A stretch of 24,912 nucleotides of DNA from a virus (lineage: Duplodnaviria; Heunggongvirae; Uroviricota; Caudoviricetes), in IMG/VR virus record IMGVR_UViG_2531839583_000011, positions 1 to 24,912 of that record; one strand, given 5' to 3'. A program made the translations under genes and the position numbers. Below are positions 9,019 to 20,912 of this stretch, piece by piece. The notes under the pieces were generated by a model. The model was given only the letters and a program-made list of their open reading frames with translations. It was not told the origin of the DNA and made no database searches. The first letter of the stretch is position 1. The number at the start of each line of letters is the position of its first letter.

Positions 9019-9807
9019 ATGGCTTCAAACTGGATAAAGCTCGAAGTTATTACGCCGGATAAGCCGGAAATATTCAGGCTTGCTGAGATTCTGAATATTG
9101 ATCCAGATGCCGCATTAGGGAAAGTCATTCGCTTCTGGGCATGGGCGGATCAACAAATGATAGACGGTAACGCAGAGTGTAACGCTCGCGGCGTTACAAA
9201 AAGTGCAATAGATCGCATCACTTTTATGGCTGGGTTTGCTGATGCGTTAATTCAGGTTGGATGGCTGGTCGAAACTAATGGTGTGTTGTCGCTTCCTAAC
9301 TTTGAGCGCCATAACGGGAAAAGCTCTAAAAAACGGGCGGTTACAAACGAGAGAGTAACAAAAATACGAGAACTGAAACGAAAAGGTAACGCTGCCAGCG
9401 TTACAAAAACGGATCAAAAAGCGTTACCAGAGGAAGAGAAAGAGGAAGATATAAATACTTATCTCCCCCTAAATCCCCCTCGCCAAAAACGAGCGTCTAA
9501 AAAATTCGAACCGGAGGCTATCGAGCTGCCTGACTGGTTGCCGGAAACACTCTGGCATGAGTGGGTTCAGTTCAGGCAGGCATTGCGAAAACCGATTCGA
9601 ACGGAGCAGGGCGCTAACGGGGCGATACGGGAGCTGGAAAAATTCCGCCAGCAGGGTTTTTCACCTGAGCAGGTGATTCGACACAGCATCGCCAATGAAT
9701 ACCAGGGCTTGTTCGCGCCAAAAGGTGTTCGACCTGAGACGTTACTCCGACAGGTTAACACCGTCTCGTTACCGGATAGTGCGATCCCGCCAGGCTTCAG
9801 GGGGTAA
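9019..9807 (+). CDS. ydaU: Replication initiation protein, lambda O analogue (YdaU-like), 262 aa
   Basis: Position right of the cro/ydaT pair and upstream of the DnaC-like ydaV; contains internal palindromic iteron-like repeats; N-terminus MASNWIKLEVITPDKPEIFRLAEIL. Confidence 0.75.
   Translation: MASNWIKLEVITPDKPEIFRLAEILNIDPDAALGKVIRFWAWADQQMIDGNAECNARGVTKSAIDRITFMAGFADALIQVGWLVETNGVLSLPNFERHNGKSSKKRAVTNERVTKIRELKRKGNAASVTKTDQKALPEEEKEEDINTYLPLNPPRQKRASKKFEPEAIELPDWLPETLWHEWVQFRQALRKPIRTEQGANGAIRELEKFRQQGFSPEQVIRHSIANEYQGLFAPKGVRPETLLRQVNTVSLPDSAIPPGFRG
9179..9197. repeat. 19-bp palindrome GTAACGC-TCGCG-GCGTTAC (copy 2), inside ydaU
   Basis: Read directly; followed by ACAAAAA like copy 3. 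Confidence 0.7.
9386..9404. repeat. 19-bp palindrome GTAACGC-TGCCA-GCGTTAC (copy 3), inside ydaU
   Basis: Read directly; additional half-sites (GCGGTTAC, GTAAC) at 9337-9360. Confidence 0.7.
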
Positions 9808-9813
9808 CTGACC

Positions 9814-10560
9814 ATGAAAAATATTGCGGCAGGCGGCATTCTTGAACGTATCCGCAGACTGGCCCCGCCACATGTAACCGCCCCATTCAAAACGGTAGCG
9901 GAGTGGCGCGAGTGGCAACTTTCCGAAGGCCAGAAACGTTGTGAGGAGATCAACCGTCAGAATCGTCAGTTGCGGGTGGAAAAAATTCTGAATCGCTCTG
10001 GCATCCAGCCATTGCACCGCAAATGCTCGTTTGCGAATTACCAGGTGCAGAACGACGGTCAGCGATACGCGTTGAACCAGGCGAAATCTATCGCTGATGA
10101 ACTGATGACCGGGTGTACAAATTTTGCGTTCAGCGGAAAACCTGGTACCGGAAAAAACCATCTGGCGGCGGCTATCGGGAATCGCCTGCTGAAAGATGGC
10201 CAGACAGTGATTGTGGTTACCGTGGCTGATGTCATGAGTGCTCTACACGCCAGCTATGACGACGGGCAATCAGGCGAAAAATTTTTGCGGGAACTGTGCC
10301 AAGTGGATCTGCTGGTTCTTGATGAAATTGGCATTCAGCGCGAGACAAAAAACGAGCAGGTGGTGCTGCACCAGATTGTTGATCGCCGGACAGCGTCGAT
10401 GCGCAGCGTGGGGATGCTGACAAACCTGAACTATGAGGCGATGAAAACATTGCTCGGCGAGCGGATTATGGATCGCATGACCATGAACGGCGGACGCTGG
10501 GTGAATTTTAACTGGGAGAGCTGGCGTCCGAATGTCGTCCTGCCAGGAATTGCGAAGTGA
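9814..10560 (+). CDS. ydaV: DnaC/IstB-like AAA+ helicase loader (lambda P functional analogue), 248 aa
   Basis: Walker [18 protein letters not shown], Walker B LLVLDEIG; GGGGG Shine-Dalgarno before ATG; same length as recalled K-12 YdaV. Confidence 0.85.
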   Translation: MKNIAAGGILERIRRLAPPHVTAPFKTVAEWREWQLSEGQKRCEEINRQNRQLRVEKILNRSGIQPLHRKCSFANYQVQNDGQRYALNQAKSIADELMTGCTNFAFSGKPGTGKNHLAAAIGNRLLKDGQTVIVVTVADVMSALHASYDDGQSGEKFLRELCQVDLLVLDEIGIQRETKNEQVVLHQIVDRRTASMRSVGMLTNLNYEAMKTLLGERIMDRMTMNGGRWVNFNWESWRPNVVLPGIAK

Positions 10561-10582
10561 TTTTTACCGGGAGGAAATTTTA

Positions 10583-11344
10583 ATGGAGACTGTTTTTGAC
10601 GCACTGAAAGCAATGGGAAAAGCCACGTCGGTAGAACTGGCTGCGCGACTTGATATCAGTCGTGAAGAGGTACTGAACGAGCTGTGGGAACTGAAAAAGG
10701 CTGGTTTCGTTGATAAAAGCGTATACATCTGGCGTGTGGCTGATAACAACGTTCAGCAGGAACAGCCAGAGCAGGCAGAACTGCCGGAAGAAACCACCAC
10801 GGCAACAGTCGCAAAAATTTCGGAGTGCGATTTAACTGCGACGATTGAACAACGTGGCCCACAAACGGCGGATGAACTGGCTACGTTTTTCGGCATCACA
10901 TCACGCAAAGTGGCTTCAACGCTGGCAATGGCAATCAGTAAAGGTCGTCTGATTCGCGTTAATCAGAACGGTAAATTTCGTTACTGCATGCCGGGCGATA
11001 ATTTACCAGCAGAGCCGAAAGCTGCATCGGTAGCGGAAACTGATGGTAAAGCCTTTCCTCAGCCAGCCGGTGTTGCGTTACCAGCACAGGAAGCGGCAAC
11101 ACAGGAAGAAATTAAAACAGATACTATGGGGGACATTGTGCAGTCACTACCATCGTTCACTGAAACGCGAGCCAATGACCTGATTTTACCATCGCTGCAT
11201 ATGGCAAACCGCGAACTGCGCCGGGCGAAAAGTCATGTCCAGAAGTGGGAGCGAGTCTGCGCCGCGCTGCGTGAGTTGAACAAGCACAGGGATATTGTAC
11301 GACAGATTACTGATTCTTCCCGCCATGTTGCATCGGAAAAGTGA
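10583..11344 (+). CDS. ydaW: Putative DNA-binding protein with two winged-helix-like segments (full-length YdaW-like), 253 aa from [13 protein letters not shown]
   Basis: ATG at 10583 with GGGAGG Shine-Dalgarno; segments [29 protein letters not shown] and [32 protein letters not shown]; gene symbol by position after ydaV only. Confidence 0.5.
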   Translation: METVFDALKAMGKATSVELAARLDISREEVLNELWELKKAGFVDKSVYIWRVADNNVQQEQPEQAELPEETTTATVAKISECDLTATIEQRGPQTADELATFFGITSRKVASTLAMAISKGRLIRVNQNGKFRYCMPGDNLPAEPKAASVAETDGKAFPQPAGVALPAQEAATQEEIKTDTMGDIVQSLPSFTETRANDLILPSLHMANRELRRAKSHVQKWERVCAALRELNKHRDIVRQITDSSRHVASEK

Positions 11345-11359
11345 TTGCCGGAGGCACCT

Positions 11360-11782
11360 ATGGCAAAAGTATTTACACCAGAAGAGCGGGAAAAAATTAA
11401 AGGGCAGGTTCTTGAACTCGTACGCCAGAGTGGGCGCGAGACGTTACGACAACTGGAAGCTAAAACTGGGGCAACAAGATATCTGATGAGCGTTCTGGCC
11501 AGAGAGCTGGTTGCCAGTGGCGATGTATACAATTCTGGCTACGGGTTATTCCCGTCTGAACAGGCTCGTAAAGACTGGCAAAATGCCCGCAAAAAATTAT
11601 CGAGGGCAAAGCTGAAGAAACCGGTTGTGGTTGATCCGGACCTTATCTGGTCGTTACCTGACGGAGAAATACGTCGCTACGACAGTCGCCTAAACATAAT
11701 CTGTCGCGAGTGCCGGAAGAGCGAAGTTATGCAGCGCATATTGTCGTTTTATCAGGGGGATGTTCGGTATTTATTGAAGTGA
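11360..11782 (+). CDS. Hypothetical nin-region protein, 140 aa from MAKVFTPEEREKIKGQ
   Basis: ORF 11345-11782; ATG at 11360 with GGAGG Shine-Dalgarno 6 nt upstream; no family recognised. Confidence 0.5.
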   Translation: MAKVFTPEEREKIKGQVLELVRQSGRETLRQLEAKTGATRYLMSVLARELVASGDVYNSGYGLFPSEQARKDWQNARKKLSRAKLKKPVVVDPDLIWSLPDGEIRRYDSRLNIICRECRKSEVMQRILSFYQGDVRYLLK

Positions 11783-12010
11783 CGAGATTAAAGTGCATTA
11801 GTTCAGATGCAAATTGACATTTTGTGGCACAGGGTAGAGCTAGCGTGGTTGTCCACTTTGTGCCAAAAGCGGACCTTTACGTATAGGAATATCGCGAATT
11901 AGTCGCACATGAAATGTCATTCCCGGAGACATTATTTATTCAGACTTGTAAGGGTATGATTCATACAAACAGCGAATGCCTTCGATAATTTTATCTCGCT
12001 CGCCAGGAGA

Positions 12011-12457
12011 TCATTTGTAAAAATCAAAAAATTCTTGGCAGTAGATACCAGATAACGCCAAATATACCAGGACGGCAACGTCTGGTTTTGGTCCTCTTTT
12101 TATCTCATCCAAATCTTTGTTTGTGCAGGAACGCATGGTGTCCCTGATATTCGTATCGTTAGTTAACGATTCGCTGACCGCCAGCACTACTGCTCTCTCA
12201 GTATGACTGAGAGCATTACTGGCTGAAATAATTCGCCCATAGAGTGCGGGATGTGGGGTATTATTACTTTCCGCTATCGCTTGCTGAACACGTTCCTCCT
12301 CTACTGGCATAAGGCGACTGATGAGATCGCTGAGCAAATCTTGCTTTGACTTATGATCGTACATTACCGTTGCCTTACTGACGCCAGCCTCTTTTGCAAC
12401 GTCATCGATTGAAAGTCCAACTGCACCTTCCCGAAGAACAACCCTTTCGCGTTTCAT
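12011..12457 (-). CDS. TetR/AcrR-family transcriptional regulator, 148 aa from MKRERVVLREGAVGLSIDDVAKEAGVSKATVMYDHKSKQDLL
   Basis: Canonical TetR N-terminal HTH signature; divergent from the three-gene operon; internal ATG at 12455-12457 chosen because the HTH begins just after it. Confidence 0.75.
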   Translation of the reverse strand: MKRERVVLREGAVGLSIDDVAKEAGVSKATVMYDHKSKQDLLSDLISRLMPVEEERVQQAIAESNNTPHPALYGRIISASNALSHTERAVVLAVSESLTNDTNIRDTMRSCTNKDLDEIKRGPKPDVAVLVYLALSGIYCQEFFDFYK

Positions 12458-12758
12458 CGTTTCACCGGGTGAGGTCGTGCCAGCGCCGTCGCATCCAACA
12501 TCATGCGGGCAGCAGCAGATCCCATGGATGCGAATAAAAACCATTATAACCTATTGATTATTATTTTTAAATTTTAATCCAGTGCTAGATTTCTGCTTAT
12601 CCCTAGGAACTAAATCATGGAGGTCGAGATTGCCTCCAGATCCTTTTGAGTAAGTGTGCATTTTGTACATGAGGGTTTAGTCAACAAGGTCTTTATTTTG
12701 GATTAATCCTATGGTAAAAAAGAGAAAATTAAGAGTTTGGATATATAAGGTAATTAAA

Positions 12759-15084
<2,326 letters not shown>

Positions 15085-15339
15085 ATAGGATTGTGTAATT
15101 TTACACCCAAATGGACATTTGTAGATTTAGATTTTGTAACTTGAAAATTAAATCATAGCATGGAACTACATAGAAATTATCTTAAGTAACTCCGCGAAGC
15201 GGAGCTACTTACTTCGACGTGGTCAATGTGTGGGCATGACCAGAAATAAATCCTTTTATTTCATTATGTGGAAGCGGTTTCAAAATCTCCATCGGGAGCT
15301 TTTTTGTTAGCATTGATATCTATTAACCAGAATGTTCCT

Positions 15340-15363
15340 GTCCGCTTTTCGCTCAAAGCGGAC
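15340..15363. other. Perfect hairpin GTCCGCTTT-tcgctc-AAAGCGGAC in noncoding region downstream of the operon
   Basis: 9-bp inverted repeat read directly; no flanking U-tract; function unknown. Confidence 0.4.
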
Positions 15364-15846
15364 TAGAAGGTTAGCTTGCGTCGGACTTGGCGTATTTAAA
15401 GAAGTGCTGGTGGTGACTGGTTGTTGTGTTCCATTTCTACAGAATAAAATCACAGAAACTATACCCAATAGTTGTATTGAATCACTGACGAGACAGCCTC
15501 ATATTTATCAGGACTGGTGTGCGTCTAATACAGGGGGTTGTCGTGCTGGTTCTCAAATGTGCGCTGGCTATTGCGGCTGTAATGGCAATTTATTGTCTTG
15601 CTGTTGTTCTTATGGAGCGGCTTTCTGATTGATTACATACTGGCTAGAAAAAAGGTGTTACCTTGGTTTATCTTTGTCCGGCAAGGTGCGCTCATTAATC
15701 TTAAGTAAATTTATTGCTCAAGTATTCAGATTACTTCTTATGGTTGAAGTCTCCTGTCAATGTAGAACCAATATATTTACAAAAATGAGACCCGTCGGGG
15801 ATAGCCCTGCCGGGTCTGACTGTTAAAGCATTTTTAATATGATCAT

Positions 15847-16185
15847 CTATTTTTTGGTGCTATAGACTTTTTCGCCCGAGAAGTCTGGAGCGACCCAAAA
15901 GTTAATATTAAACTGAGCATCATCGCTTAGTTCAACACGGTGCCAGTATTGTGGTGGGCTTGTTGCAAAAGCGCCAGCATTAATGACTACTTTTATCTCC
16001 GGTTCAGTAGCATTCTCATCAGTAAAACCATAATATGTTACAGTGCCTTCCATTACGCACAACTGCCCAAAAACACCTGCTGCTGTATTATGATGTGTTA
16101 ATAACGCTGAAGGTACGTTCTCTTTTGTGAAGAACGGAGTTGAGCGTTTGATTACCCAATCTTTAGGAATTCTCTTGTGTGTCAT
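15847..16185 (-). CDS. DUF1971/YeaR-like small cupin-type protein, 112 aa from MTHKRIPKDWVIKRSTPFF
   Basis: ATG at 16183-16185 with GAGGAGG Shine-Dalgarno on minus strand; C-terminal PPQYWHRVELSDDAQFNINFWVAP resembles recalled YeaR/TehB-N-domain proteins. Confidence 0.55.
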   Translation of the reverse strand: MTHKRIPKDWVIKRSTPFFTKENVPSALLTHHNTAAGVFGQLCVMEGTVTYYGFTDENATEPEIKVVINAGAFATSPPQYWHRVELSDDAQFNINFWVAPDFSGEKVYSTKK

Positions 16186-16998
16186 AACCACCTCCTCAAA
16201 AACATGCATTATAAATGCGTGTTTTTGAGGGTTATGTCAAGCTGTTATGAAACACATAATTGATATGTTGATTAGAGGAGAAGATATAATAAATATGGTT
16301 GTTTTTCGTATAACTATTTGTTTTACTTTTAGTTTATGCATTCTGCGTGTTAGGAATAAGTTATTAAAGTTTAATCAAAAAATCTCGATGTAGTCCACAT
16401 AGATTATTGTTACTGAACCTTATTGTGTGTATTAGTTGTGTTCTGAAATTTCAGCTTAATTATTTATGATGTATTTTTTAACGATAAATATTTTCCCAGG
16501 ATACCTTTACTGTGTATATAAATAAATTATATACACATAAATAATGTAAAGGCGTCCTTTTAGATATATCTTATCAAATGTTAATGACTTGAGTGGGAAA
16601 TATGATTCCAGCAACTTATCATGTGGCTACTTTATAAAAATAATGCCCATATAAAACAACAAGCGAAAAGGATTACGGATAAAAAAGGAGCGAGATGTGC
16701 GAACTTGTTATTTTCCATGTTTAACCACCTTAAATAATTGATGATGACGGGATGATTGCATCTGTAATGCTTTTATTGAAATGTTATGATAAAAAAGAAC
16801 TTTTGCATAACATTAAAATGTAATTTATCTAATCGTTTTTAATAATAAATGTCGTATTTCTATCCTTGTACCAGCTATTTGATATGTAGTGTTTGTTCAT
16901 GCTATGTGGGGCTTTACACCATAGCCAGTTTATTTATACTTTATTCGTCAGCCTGAACAACTGGCATCTGCTGCGCTGCGCCATCGAGAGATTGAGAA

Positions 16999-17598
16999 AT
17001 GGCGCATATACAACTGGTCAAACAAACCTCTTCTGGTTTACTTCTCCCGGCGACGCCGGAGAGTTGCGATTTTCTGCATCAAATCAAAATAGGTGAGTGG
17101 ATACACGCAGACTTTAAGCGTGTGCGTAACTACGCATTCCACAAGCGTTTTTTCAAACTCCTGCAACTGGGATTCGATTACTGGACTCCGGTCGGTGGGG
17201 CGATCACACCTCGCGAACGAGAACTGCTGTCTGGTTTCGTGGATTACTTGTGCGAATCAGTTGGTCGGGAACACACACCAGCCCTGAGTGATGCCGCAGA
17301 GCAATATCTAAATACAGTTGCGACACGCAGAACTCGGGATACGGCATTGCTAAAGTCGTTTGAGGCTTTCCGCGAGTGGGTAACCATTCAGGCCGGATTT
17401 TACACCGAGCATATTTATCCGGACGGTAGCCGTGGACGCAGGGCGAAATCCATCGCGTTTGCGAATATGGACGAAACCGAGTTTCAGCAGGTTTATAAAT
17501 CTGTTCTGAATGTGCTGTGGAACTGGATTCTGTTCCGTAAATTCTCCTCTCAGGAGGAAGTTGAAAATGTGGCCGCACAACTACTGGAGTTTGCGTAA
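16999..17598 (+). CDS. Conserved lambdoid nin-region protein (DUF1367/YdfU-like), 199 aa
   Basis: Position immediately upstream of the YbcO-like and Q-like genes; stop overlaps next start (TAATG); family assignment from memory only. Confidence 0.45.
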   Translation: MAHIQLVKQTSSGLLLPATPESCDFLHQIKIGEWIHADFKRVRNYAFHKRFFKLLQLGFDYWTPVGGAITPRERELLSGFVDYLCESVGREHTPALSDAAEQYLNTVATRRTRDTALLKSFEAFREWVTIQAGFYTEHIYPDGSRGRRAKSIAFANMDETEFQQVYKSVLNVLWNWILFRKFSSQEEVENVAAQLLEFA

Positions 17599-17888
17599 TG
17601 GTGAATTTACGTAAAGCGGCTAAAGGCCAGATGTGCCAGATCAGAATCCCTGGCTACTGCAATCACAATCCCGAAACCTCTGTGCTGGCGCATTACAGGC
17701 TGGCGGGGACGTGCGGAACAGCGACAAAACCACACGATATGCAGGCAGCGATTGCCTGTAGCTCATGCCACGATTTAATCGACGGGCGGGTAAAAACCAG
17801 CGATTACACCAAAGAAGAATTACGCCTGATGCATGCAGAAGGTGTTTTTCGCACACAAGAAATCTGGAGAAAGGAAGGTTATTTATGA
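17598..17888 (+). CDS. YbcO-like (DUF1364) Cys/His-rich putative nuclease, 96 aa
   Basis: CQIRIPGYCNHNPETSVLAHYRL...ACSSCHDLIDGR pattern; stop overlaps Q-like start (ATGA at 17885-17888). Confidence 0.55.
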   Translation: MVNLRKAAKGQMCQIRIPGYCNHNPETSVLAHYRLAGTCGTATKPHDMQAAIACSSCHDLIDGRVKTSDYTKEELRLMHAEGVFRTQEIWRKEGYL

Positions 17889-18427
17889 TTTACCCAACAA
17901 ATACAGGCAAAAGCGGGGAACACCTTCGTCTCACCACGCTGGAAAGTGTCTGGATTCAGGGAAAACTGCGCATGTGGGGGCGCTGGTCGTATATTGGCGG
18001 CGGTAAGACGGGAAATATGTTTAACCAGTTGCTGGCATCCAAAAAATTGACGAAAACAGCCGTCAATGAAGCCCTGCGCAGGATGAAAAAAGCGGGAATA
18101 GAGAAACCTGAGCTGGAAGCGTTTTTGCGAGAGATGATCAATGGCAAGCAAAAGACCTGGCTGGCGCATTGTACTGATGCAGAGGCGTTATGTATTGATA
18201 GAGTCATAAGTGAGGTGCTGGCAAAACACCCAGGATTGATTTGTATCCTCCGGCAACGATATGAAGGGAGGGGGATGACTAAGCGTAAAATGGCTGAATT
18301 GCTGAATGATGCACATCCTGAGTGGTGTTTTAGCACATGCGAAAAGCGAATTGCTAATTGGTTAGCCGTTGCTGAATATGCCCTGTATATTCCCATGCGA
18401 GAATCATTTGCTCAAAAAATAGCTTGA
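17885..18427 (+). CDS. Late-gene antiterminator Q-like protein, 180 aa from MIYPTNTGKSGEHL
   Basis: Position between nin-type genes and the lysis cassette; called mainly on synteny. Confidence 0.6.
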   Translation: MIYPTNTGKSGEHLRLTTLESVWIQGKLRMWGRWSYIGGGKTGNMFNQLLASKKLTKTAVNEALRRMKKAGIEKPELEAFLREMINGKQKTWLAHCTDAEALCIDRVISEVLAKHPGLICILRQRYEGRGMTKRKMAELLNDAHPEWCFSTCEKRIANWLAVAEYALYIPMRESFAQKIA

Positions 18428-18511
18428 TTTTTTACGCATAAATTGCTTCAATTCCGGTATGCTTCGCAAAGCTGTATCGCGAGGCGAACCAAGCGCATGA
18501 ACTTTACCAGA

Positions 18512-18539
18512 ACCCGCCATTGAGCGGGTTTTGTTGTTT
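18512..18539 (+). terminator. Intrinsic terminator-like hairpin ACCCGC-cattga-GCGGGT followed by TTTGTTGTTT, about 85 nt after Q stop (possible tR')
   Basis: 6-bp GC stem plus T-rich tract on plus strand. Confidence 0.5.
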
Positions 18540-18760
18540 CTGGGGGGGCATTTCGTTAAATGAAGCTGTGTTGTGCGCAATTAGCTAATAACACGAATCG
18601 TGAATGTATATAATGCGCTTGTTCCTTCGATGGTGTATTCGAATAACGGATTACTGAATACAGCTATCCCATTAAGGGAACACCGCCATCTGCTCATCGG
18701 GAAGAGCCGACCATCATTTAAGTGGTAGGTGTGAGATTCGATACCTCGGTGGCGGTTCTG

Positions 18761-18836
<76 letters not shown>

Positions 18837-18839
18837 ATA

Positions 18840-18914
<75 letters not shown>

Positions 18915-19190
18915 AGCATTTGAAATAAGCCTTATTGTATTGCAGCACTGGCGTATTTTTATTACGTGGGAGCAGGTTGTTTCGAAAAAGCATTCTGTTC
19001 TCTGGCTATGATTTGAGGCCAGGTGTAGCCTCAGTGCTGATTTTTTTACGGCAGCAGAATGGTGCATTATCGGTGGAGATTTTGTATTTCCTGGCAGGGC
19101 CGGTGATGTGCCATCCCGATGTTGTAAACATCGCTAAAAATGACATTGAGATTAATCATATACTAAGCAAAACCTGGAAATACATCCTTT

Positions 19191-19217
19191 ACCGCCTCCA
19201 CCGGGCGGTTTTTTTTA
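19191..19217 (+). terminator. Intrinsic terminator ACCGCC-tccaccg-GGCGGT plus T8
   Basis: 6-bp GC-rich stem followed by TTTTTTTT on plus strand, between the tRNAs and the holin. Confidence 0.6.
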
Positions 19218-19601
19218 TTCTGAACCCTAAAAAAAGAAACACGGACACTGATAATGCCCGTGTGGCAATGCCATGTAAGTTAGCGATGAATATGGCGCAA
19301 AAAAAGCGCGGCCGTCGGATTAACGCCGCGGGACAAAGTCCATGAAGAATCATAAGTATTGGCCTCCTTCTGGGGACATGTTCATACTACTAAGCTTCAG
19401 AAGTGGTTTAAATCATCAAATTAACCTTAATTTTCGATAAGTCTTATTTCATTTCTTTGCGCCACATCTGGCGCGCATCAAATAACGCCACGCAAAGGGC
19501 ATCTGCGGATGCCGGTGCTTTTGACGGGGTGTTTTTTACGGGCCGCTGGTGGCCATTTTTTGTTTCCATTACACAGCGCCCGCATCTGCGAGGTGGGGGT
19601 T

Positions 19602-19817
19602 ATGAAATCCATGGATAAGTTAACAACGGGTGTCGCCTATGGCACCTCCGCAGGCAGTGCTGGCTACTGGTTTTTACAGTTGCTCGATAGAGTAACTCCG
19701 TCACAGTGGGCTGCAATCGGTGTGCTGGGTAGTCTGGTTTTTGGCCTGCTGACGTACCTGACAAACCTTTATTTCAAGATTAAAGAAGATAAGCGCAAGG
19801 CTGCGAGAGGTGAATAA
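19602..19817 (+). CDS. Class II holin (phage 21 S-type pinholin), 71 aa with dual-start motif MKSMDK
   Basis: ATG at 19602 after GAGGTGGGGG, second in-frame ATG at 19611; two hydrophobic segments; sequence close to recalled S21. Confidence 0.8.
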   Translation: MKSMDKLTTGVAYGTSAGSAGYWFLQLLDRVTPSQWAAIGVLGSLVFGLLTYLTNLYFKIKEDKRKAARGE

Positions 19818-20314
19818 TGCCTCCATCATTACGAAAAGCCGTTGCTGCTGCTATTGGTGGCGGAGCAATTGCTATAGCATCAGTGTTAATCACTGGCCCA
19901 AGTGGTAACGATGGTCTGGAAGGTGTCAGCTACATACCATACAAAGATATTGTTGGTGTATGGACTGTATGTCACGGGCATACAGGAAAAGACATCATGC
20001 TCGGTAAAACGTATACCAAAGCAGAATGCAAAGCACTCTTGAATAAAGACCTTGCCACTGTCGCCAGACAAATTAACCCGTACATCGAAGTCGATATACC
20101 GGAAACAACGCGCGGCGCTCTTTACTCATTCGTTTACAACGTGGGTGCTGGCAATTTCAGAACATCGACGCTTCTTCGCAAAATAAACCAGGGCGATATC
20201 AAAGGCGCATGTGATCAGCTACGTCGCTGGACATATGCTGGCGGTAAGCAATGGAAAGGTCTCATGACTCGTCGTGAGATTGAGCGTGAAATCTGTTTGT
20301 GGGGTCAGCAATGA
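19817..20314 (+). CDS. SAR endolysin (phage 21 R-type, T4-lysozyme fold), 165 aa
   Basis: Gly/Ala-rich N-terminal signal-anchor-release segment [18 protein letters not shown]; start overlaps holin stop; sequence close to recalled R21. Confidence 0.85.
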   Translation: MPPSLRKAVAAAIGGGAIAIASVLITGPSGNDGLEGVSYIPYKDIVGVWTVCHGHTGKDIMLGKTYTKAECKALLNKDLATVARQINPYIEVDIPETTRGALYSFVYNVGAGNFRTSTLLRKINQGDIKGACDQLRRWTYAGGKQWKGLMTRREIEREICLWGQQ

Positions 20315-20775
20315 ACAGAGTAACCGCGATTATCTCCGCTCTAGTTATCTGCATCATCGTCTGCCTGTCATGGGCTGTTAATCATTACCGTGATAACGCC
20401 ATTACCTACCAAGCCCAGCGCGACAAAAATGCCAGAGAACTGAAGCTGGCGAACGCGGCAATTACTGACATGCAGATGCGCCAGCGTGATGTTGCTGCAC
20501 TGGATGAAAAATACACGAAGGAGTTAGCTAATGCGAAAGCTGAAAATGATGCTCTGCGTGATGATGTTGCCGCTGGTCGTCGTCGGTTGCACATCAAAGC
20601 AGTCTGTCAGTCAGTGCGTGAAGCCACCACCGCCTCCGGCGTGGATAATGCAGCCTCCCCCCGACTGGCAGACACCGCTGAACGGGATTATTTCCCCCTC
20701 CGGGAACGACTGGTAATGATGCAGGCCCAACTTGAAGGTGCTCAGCAATACATAACCGAACAGTGTTTAAAGTAA
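20299..20775 (+). CDS. Rz i-spanin, 158 aa
   Basis: N-terminal TM segment [20 protein letters not shown] then coiled-coil-like region; overlaps endolysin 3' end; contains embedded Rz1 in another frame. Confidence 0.8.
   Translation: MGSAMNRVTAIISALVICIIVCLSWAVNHYRDNAITYQAQRDKNARELKLANAAITDMQMRQRDVAALDEKYTKELANAKAENDALRDDVAAGRRRLHIKAVCQSVREATTASGVDNAASPRLADTAERDYFPLRERLVMMQAQLEGAQQYITEQCLK
20531..20716 (+). CDS. rzoR: Rz1 o-spanin lipoprotein embedded within Rz, 61 aa
   Basis: Lipobox LVVVGC followed by proline-rich [16 protein letters not shown]; classic embedded-gene arrangement. Confidence 0.8.
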   Translation: MRKLKMMLCVMMLPLVVVGCTSKQSVSQCVKPPPPPAWIMQPPPDWQTPLNGIISPSGNDW

Positions 20776-20912
20776 AATCTTAACTACAATATGATTCATT
20801 TTGATGATTGTTTCATAAGGAACAGTGAAGTAAGATCTAAGAGGAGTTAAATTTTATACAGTATAATCATAATATTGCAGCAAGGTGGTTATAATTGAAA
20901 GAATATTTAGAT

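Noticed and set aside
15332-15826. Two adjacent plus-strand ORFs (98 and 65 aa), the first with a Cys-rich C-terminus that could suggest a microcin-like peptide
   Set aside because: The first ORF translates through the 15340-15363 hairpin, has no Shine-Dalgarno, and its Cys codons arise from TGT/TGC-rich repeats; likely noise in AT-rich noncoding DNA. Peptidomics could revisit this.
18935-19345. 136-aa plus-strand ORF downstream of the tRNAs (where stx-type cargo sits in some lambdoid phages)
   Set aside because: Spans the intrinsic terminator at 19191-19217 and has no ribosome-binding site; no toxin-like features seen.
19189-19353. 54-codon minus-strand ORF with a strong GAAGGAGG Shine-Dalgarno 9 nt upstream of its ATG
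   Set aside because: It reads straight through two terminator hairpins (19299-19331 and 19191-19217) and gives an Arg/Phe-rich low-complexity product; the ribosome-binding-site-like sequence is probably coincidental.
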